A stretch of DNA of 64,000 nucleotides from Rhizobiaceae bacterium. Lineage in GTDB: Bacteria; Pseudomonadota; Alphaproteobacteria; Rhizobiales; Rhizobiaceae. Under the pieces are notes generated by a model, which ran no database searches, was not told the origin of the DNA, and saw only the letters and a list, made by a program, of their open reading frames with translations. A program made the translations under genes and the position numbers. Location of the stretch: positions 87,521 to 151,520 of the forward strand of contig JARGOF010000008.1 of assembly GCA_029212415.1 (NCBI GenBank), in the 5' to 3' direction. Positions 59,601-64,000 of this stretch are shown here, piece after piece; positions within the stretch are counted from its first letter, which is position 1; the number at the start of each line of letters is the position of its first letter.

Positions 59601-60637
59601 GCTTTCGTTCCCAGCCGATGCCCGACGCCCTTGCGATCCAGCAGGGGCCGCCACCAATCCTCGTTTTCCAGATACCAGCGTACGGTGCGGGCGATGCCGT
59701 CCTCAATCGTCACCGATGGACGCCATCCCAGTTCGGTTCGAATACGGGACGGATCAATGGCATAACGGCGGTCGTGGCCCGGCCGGTCCGGCACGAAGGT
59801 GATCAATTGGTCGTGCGGCGCACCATCGGCATGCAGGCGATCAAGTTCCGCACAGATCGTGCGCACCAGATGGATATTGGTCGCCTCGTTCTCGCCACCG
59901 ATATTGTAGGTGCGCCCGGCCTGGCCGCCCTCAAGCACGGTGAGCAGGGCGTCGGCATGGTCTTCGACATAGAGCCAGTCACGCACATTGCCGCCGTCGC
60001 CATAGACGGGGATGGCCTCGCCCGCCAGGGCCTTGATAATCACCACCGGGATCAGTTTTTCAGGAAAATGATAGGGTCCATAGTTGTTGGAGCAATTGGT
60101 GACAAGAACGGGCAGCCCGTAGGTCTCCGACCAGGCACGCACCAGGTGGTCAGATGATGCTTTCGATGCAGAATAGGGCGAACGCGGGTCATAGGGCGTA
60201 TCCTCTGTGAACAGCCCCGTCCCGCCGAGACTGCCAAAGACTTCATCGGTGGAGATATGATGGAAGCGGAAGCCATCTGGCCGGCCCTGCCCGTCCCAAA
60301 AGGCCCGCGCCGCCTCCAGCATATTGAATGTGCCCAGGACATTCGTCTCGATGAAATCAGCCGGGGCGTCGATGGACCGGTCAACATGGCTCTCGGCGGC
60401 CAGATGCATCACGGCGTCCGGCGCATGACGGGCAAAAATGGCATCGAGCGCAGCCCGGTCGCGGATGTCGGCTTTCTCGAACTGATAGAGCGGGCTGTCT
60501 GCAACGTCGGCCAGATTGTCCAGGCAGGCCGCATAGGTGAGCGCATCCAGATTCACCACCGCGTGGCCGCGCGCCATGGCGAGGCGGATGACTGCTGAGC
60601 CGATAAATCCGGCGCCTCCGGTGATCAGGATCTTCAT
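59597..60637 (-). CDS. rmlB: dTDP-glucose 4,6-dehydratase
   Basis: [27 protein letters not shown]. Confidence 0.97.
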   Translation of the reverse strand: MKILITGGAGFIGSAVIRLAMARGHAVVNLDALTYAACLDNLADVADSPLYQFEKADIRDRAALDAIFARHAPDAVMHLAAESHVDRSIDAPADFIETNVLGTFNMLEAARAFWDGQGRPDGFRFHHISTDEVFGSLGGTGLFTEDTPYDPRSPYSASKASSDHLVRAWSETYGLPVLVTNCSNNYGPYHFPEKLIPVVIIKALAGEAIPVYGDGGNVRDWLYVEDHADALLTVLEGGQAGRTYNIGGENEATNIHLVRTICAELDRLHADGAPHDQLITFVPDRPGHDRRYAIDPSRIRTELGWRPSVTIEDGIARTVRWYLENEDWWRPLLDRKGVGHRLGTKA

Positions 60638-61194
60638 ACCTTACGCTCCCACACAAATGGCGATGTCCAGTTTTCGAACGCAGGTGCGGCAGCATCCTTG
60701 GCGGAAAGCACGGGATCGCCGGCGGCCTGCCAATCAATGGCCAGGCTGTCCCATCGGACCGCACCATCGCTTTCGGCCCCATAATAATCGCTGCATTTGT
60801 ATTGCACTTCGGTGTCTGCAACCCGCGTGATGAAACCGTGGAGGAATCCCTTGGGCACCAGGAGTTGTCGGCCATTTTCCGCCGTCAGTTCCATGGACAG
60901 CCAATCGCCATAGGTGGGAGACCCTTTGCGCGCATCGACCACCACATCGAGGATGGCGCCACGGGTGCAGGAAATCAGCTTGTCCTGCGCATGGGGCGGC
61001 GCCTGATAGTGGAGGCCTCGCAGGGTCTTTTCTTCAGCGGAAAAGGAGTGGTTGTCCTGGACAAAATCCAGTGCAATGCCTGCATTTTGCATTGTGCGCC
61101 GGTTCCAGGTCTCCGAAAACCAGCCCCGGTTGTCACCAAATCTGCGGGGTGTCAGGACAAGGACGCCTTCCAGCTTTGTCTTTTCAGTCTTCAT
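60634..61194 (-). CDS. rmlC: dTDP-4-dehydrorhamnose 3,5-epimerase
   Basis: DNRGWF, QDNHS, LRGLH, FLHGF. Confidence 0.96.
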   Translation of the reverse strand: MKTEKTKLEGVLVLTPRRFGDNRGWFSETWNRRTMQNAGIALDFVQDNHSFSAEEKTLRGLHYQAPPHAQDKLISCTRGAILDVVVDARKGSPTYGDWLSMELTAENGRQLLVPKGFLHGFITRVADTEVQYKCSDYYGAESDGAVRWDSLAIDWQAAGDPVLSAKDAAAPAFENWTSPFVWERKV

Positions 61195-61221
61195 GCCAGC
61201 TTTGTCTTTTCAGTCTTCATG
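61170..61221. repeat. Perfect 26-bp tandem duplication spanning the rmlC start
   Basis: ccagctttgtcttttcagtcttcatg at 61170-61195 and again at 61196-61221. Confidence 0.95.
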
Positions 61222-61422
61222 AATGTATCCCGGGTCCATTCTCTGCATGCAGAAGGTTGGACAATGCCAACATATTTTGTCCGATGTCCAGAACGCATGA
61301 CCTTTTTAAGGCAGGGTTCAAACGAACTCTGATTGTGCATCTCAGCAGGGTCGCACATCGCTCATGTCAGATACCGCTGATATCACCGCTTGTCCTGGCA
61401 AATCACACTCTTGCAATGGACG

Positions 61423-62700
61423 TTAGAGCCTGCCGTCAGAGCGATTTTTCTCAAATATGCCTTTGACATCAAAAAACACCGCGCCGGGCCGGCCCAATTG
61501 GCGAATGCGTTCAGCGCCCATGGCGATAAATTCCTGGTGACCAACGGTTAGAATGATCGCATCATATTGACCGGGTTCAGGTGGTTTATCGAGAAGGTCA
61601 ATGCCGTATTCCTGACTGGCTTCAGATCTCAAAACCCAGGGATCATGAACGTCGACCTTGGCATTGAAGCCGTCCAGCTCCCGGATCACATCGATGACTT
61701 TGGAGTTTCTGAGGTCAGGGCAATCCTCCTTGAAAGAGAGCCCCATCACGAGAATGCGACTTCCGACCACGGGAAAGCCGTTCTTCATCATCAGGCGGCT
61801 GACCCGATTGGCCACATAGGGACCCATGCCATCATTGATCCGGCGGCCGGCGAGGATGACTTCTGGATGATAGCCGGCCTCCTGGGCGCGGTGCGTCAGA
61901 TAATAGGGGTCAACACCTATGCAGTGACCGCCCACCAGTCCGGGTCGAAATGGCAGAAAATTCCATTTGGTACCTGCAGCCTCAAGCACATCATTTGTAT
62001 CGATACCGAGCCGTTCAAATATGATGGCCAATTCGTTCATCAGGGCAATATTGAGATCGCGTTGGGTATTTTCGATGACCTTGGCAGCTTCGGCCACCTC
62101 AATGTTTGCTGCCTTGAAGGTGCCGGCTGTTATGATCCTGCCGTAAAGCGCGTCGACTGCGTCGGCTACCTGTGTCGTGGAGCCGCTCGTTACCTTTTTT
62201 ATCAGTGGAATGCGGTGCAGCTTGTCCCCGGGGTTGACCCGTTCGGGGCTGTAGCCGGTATAAAATTCCTCGTTGAACCTCAGACCGGAAACGGCTTCGA
62301 GAATGGGAACACATACGTTTCGCGTGCACCCGGGGAAGACGGTGGATTCATAAATCACAACGCCGCCTTTCTTCAGAGCGCGGCCAACCGTCTCAGACGC
62401 TTTTTTCAAGGGCGTCAGATCGGGTCGCTTGGCACCGTCGATCGGCGTTGGAACAGTCACGATGAAAATCTGGCAATCTTCCAGATCGCGCTCGCTGGAG
62501 GTAAAACCGAGACGTTTTGATGCCGAAAGCTCGTCGGAAGTTACCTCGCGCGTTTCGTCATGGCCATTTTTCAATTGCTCAATTCGTGCAGGCTTGATGT
62601 CAAAGCCGACAATTTCATGGAACTTCGCGAATTCCACCGCAAGCGGCAGGCCAACATAACCAAGCCCGATAACGGCAATCTTTTTTGTACTCAAATCCAT
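61423..62700 (-). CDS. UDP-N-acetylhexosamine 6-dehydrogenase (WbpO/TviB/CapL-like)
   Basis: [34 protein letters not shown]. Confidence 0.93.
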   Translation of the reverse strand: MDLSTKKIAVIGLGYVGLPLAVEFAKFHEIVGFDIKPARIEQLKNGHDETREVTSDELSASKRLGFTSSERDLEDCQIFIVTVPTPIDGAKRPDLTPLKKASETVGRALKKGGVVIYESTVFPGCTRNVCVPILEAVSGLRFNEEFYTGYSPERVNPGDKLHRIPLIKKVTSGSTTQVADAVDALYGRIITAGTFKAANIEVAEAAKVIENTQRDLNIALMNELAIIFERLGIDTNDVLEAAGTKWNFLPFRPGLVGGHCIGVDPYYLTHRAQEAGYHPEVILAGRRINDGMGPYVANRVSRLMMKNGFPVVGSRILVMGLSFKEDCPDLRNSKVIDVIRELDGFNAKVDVHDPWVLRSEASQEYGIDLLDKPPEPGQYDAIILTVGHQEFIAMGAERIRQLGRPGAVFFDVKGIFEKNRSDGRL

Positions 62701-62840
62701 GTTGGCTCCAAGCTTTGCTGGTTCATAAAGCGGGTTGATGACACACCAGACGTTCCGTCAGGCTGCACGATAGAAAGACAGGCAAAATTGCCAACAGACC
62801 TTTGGTTCGAAAAACCCTCTTTCACCTGCCCGAAAACCTG

Positions 62841-64000
62841 TCAACGGGCACCAAATCCCGTGTAGATGATGGCGATCGTTCGCATTGTAATGAGGATATC
62901 CAGCCAGATGGAAAAGTTCTTGATGTAGTAGAAATCAAAGTGGAGTTTTGTCTGCACTTCGCCCACTTCGGCCACATGGCCCTGGTTGACCTGTGCCCAG
63001 CCGGTGATGCCGGGGCGCACGATATGGCGGTAACGGTAGAAAGGTATTTCCTTTTCATACCATTTCGACAGGGGCAAGGCCTCGGGTCGCGGGCCTATCC
63101 AGCTCATTTCACCACGCAGCACGTTAAAGACCTGCGGCAATTCATCAAGCCGTGTTTTTCTCAGGAAACGTCCAATTTTTGTCACCCGGGGGTCGCCGTT
63201 GGATGTCTTGGCGGCTTCCCGTTCCGACAAGGTGGCACTTTGCACATGTTCCATCGTCCGGAATTTCCAGACCTCGAAGACATGGCCCTGAAAGCCCATT
63301 CTTGGCTGGCGGAAAAACACCGGTCCGGCACTGTCGCGCCGGATCAGCACGGCAATGACGGCGAAGAGCGGCAGCAACAGCGGCAACAGCGACAGCGCTC
63401 CCAGGATATCCAGCGATTTTTTGAAATGCAGGTAAATGAAACTGGGCAGCAATGAGCCGAGATTGTTTTCCGACAGATGCTCGATTTCCACCTTGCCGGT
63501 CAGCGATTCACTGAGCTGCTTGTAATGATAGACCGGGACGCCGCGCACGGCGACATCGGCAATGAAAGCCTGCCATTGCGGCGAAAGATCGGCCCGCAGA
63601 TCAACGGCAAGCCCCTGGATGGGAAAACCATTGAGGCGCGGTCGCTCCAGCACCTTCCAGTGGACATCCTTGATGCGGCAAAGCCGGGTTGTATTGCCGA
63701 CAGGCACGACGGCGAAACTGGGCTTGCCCACCCTGCTGGAGACATACCAGATGACATGAAAACAGATCTGTGCGCTGATGAAACTGAAGAGCAGGAAGAA
63801 CCGCGAATAATCCGCGCGAAAAAACAGGATCACGACCAGCACCAGACTGTAGCTGAAGGTGAAACTGGGCAATATGTAGGAGATATTGGTGATGCCGGGA
63901 TAGTGGTTCAGGCGGCGCAATCCGTAGTAGCCAATAAGGACAGCGCAAACAGTGGCCACCAGCGTATTGTATTGTGACGCCGACGTCAGTTTTTCCGCAA
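62841..64000 (-). CDS. Priming (undecaprenyl-phosphate) glycosyltransferase, WcaJ/ExoY-like; 5-prime end beyond the window
   Basis: KFRTM, RLDELPQ, GPRPE, RPGITGWAQV; frame stays open to base 64000. Confidence 0.93.
   Translation of the reverse strand, partial: AEKLTSASQYNTLVATVCAVLIGYYGLRRLNHYPGITNISYILPSFTFSYSLVLVVILFFRADYSRFFLLFSFISAQICFHVIWYVSSRVGKPSFAVVPVGNTTRLCRIKDVHWKVLERPRLNGFPIQGLAVDLRADLSPQWQAFIADVAVRGVPVYHYKQLSESLTGKVEIEHLSENNLGSLLPSFIYLHFKKSLDILGALSLLPLLLPLFAVIAVLIRRDSAGPVFFRQPRMGFQGHVFEVWKFRTMEHVQSATLSEREAAKTSNGDPRVTKIGRFLRKTRLDELPQVFNVLRGEMSWIGPRPEALPLSKWYEKEIPFYRYRHIVRPGITGWAQVNQGHVAEVGEVQTKLHFDFYYIKNFSIWLDILITMRTIAIIYTGFGAR

Overview
Bacterial chromosome segment, about 55% GC by eye; the core proteins (Rsh, RecO, Era, DapA) look alphaproteobacterial and Rhizobiaceae-like. 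Bases 1-21.6k are mostly housekeeping: MFS, recO-era-rnc-lepB, DUF2062, rsh, rpoZ, NYN, UDG, smpB, dapA, soluble lytic transglycosylase, hydrolase, IlvD/Edd dehydratase, deaminase, GT10, GT25 and a Xi-class GST. acpS is absent from its usual position. Bases 21.8-41.9k form a sulfur-oxidation island: soxVW-XYZABCD, soxS-R-T, four YeeE/YedE genes, DUF302, a Tat metallo-beta-lactamase, persulfide dioxygenase, a DUF442 sulfurtransferase and SulP. A recurring AT(A/T)(T/C/A)-N8-(G/A)(A/T/C)AT operator-like motif sits in its intergenic regions, SoxD has reversed domain order, SQR and soxEF are missing, and a wecB fragment plus an OpgB-like gene are embedded. Bases 42-49.6k carry a sigma54-promoter type III glutamine synthetase and three tandem c-di-GMP enzymes. 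Bases 49.6-64k are a surface polysaccharide locus. Its export operon (CpsB-like phosphatase, Wza, Wzc, TPR/CBM-like protein, O-antigen-ligase/PglL-like enzyme) starts with a secreted, Pro/Thr-rich, C-terminally anchored protein, making it a candidate protein-linked glycan system. Upstream lie vanZ, rmlCBDA (with a perfect 26-bp duplication of the rmlC start), a UDP-HexNAc dehydrogenase and a priming glycosyltransferase cut by the window edge. No tRNA, rRNA, CRISPR, IS element or integrase was seen. All family assignments come from motif recognition, not database searches.
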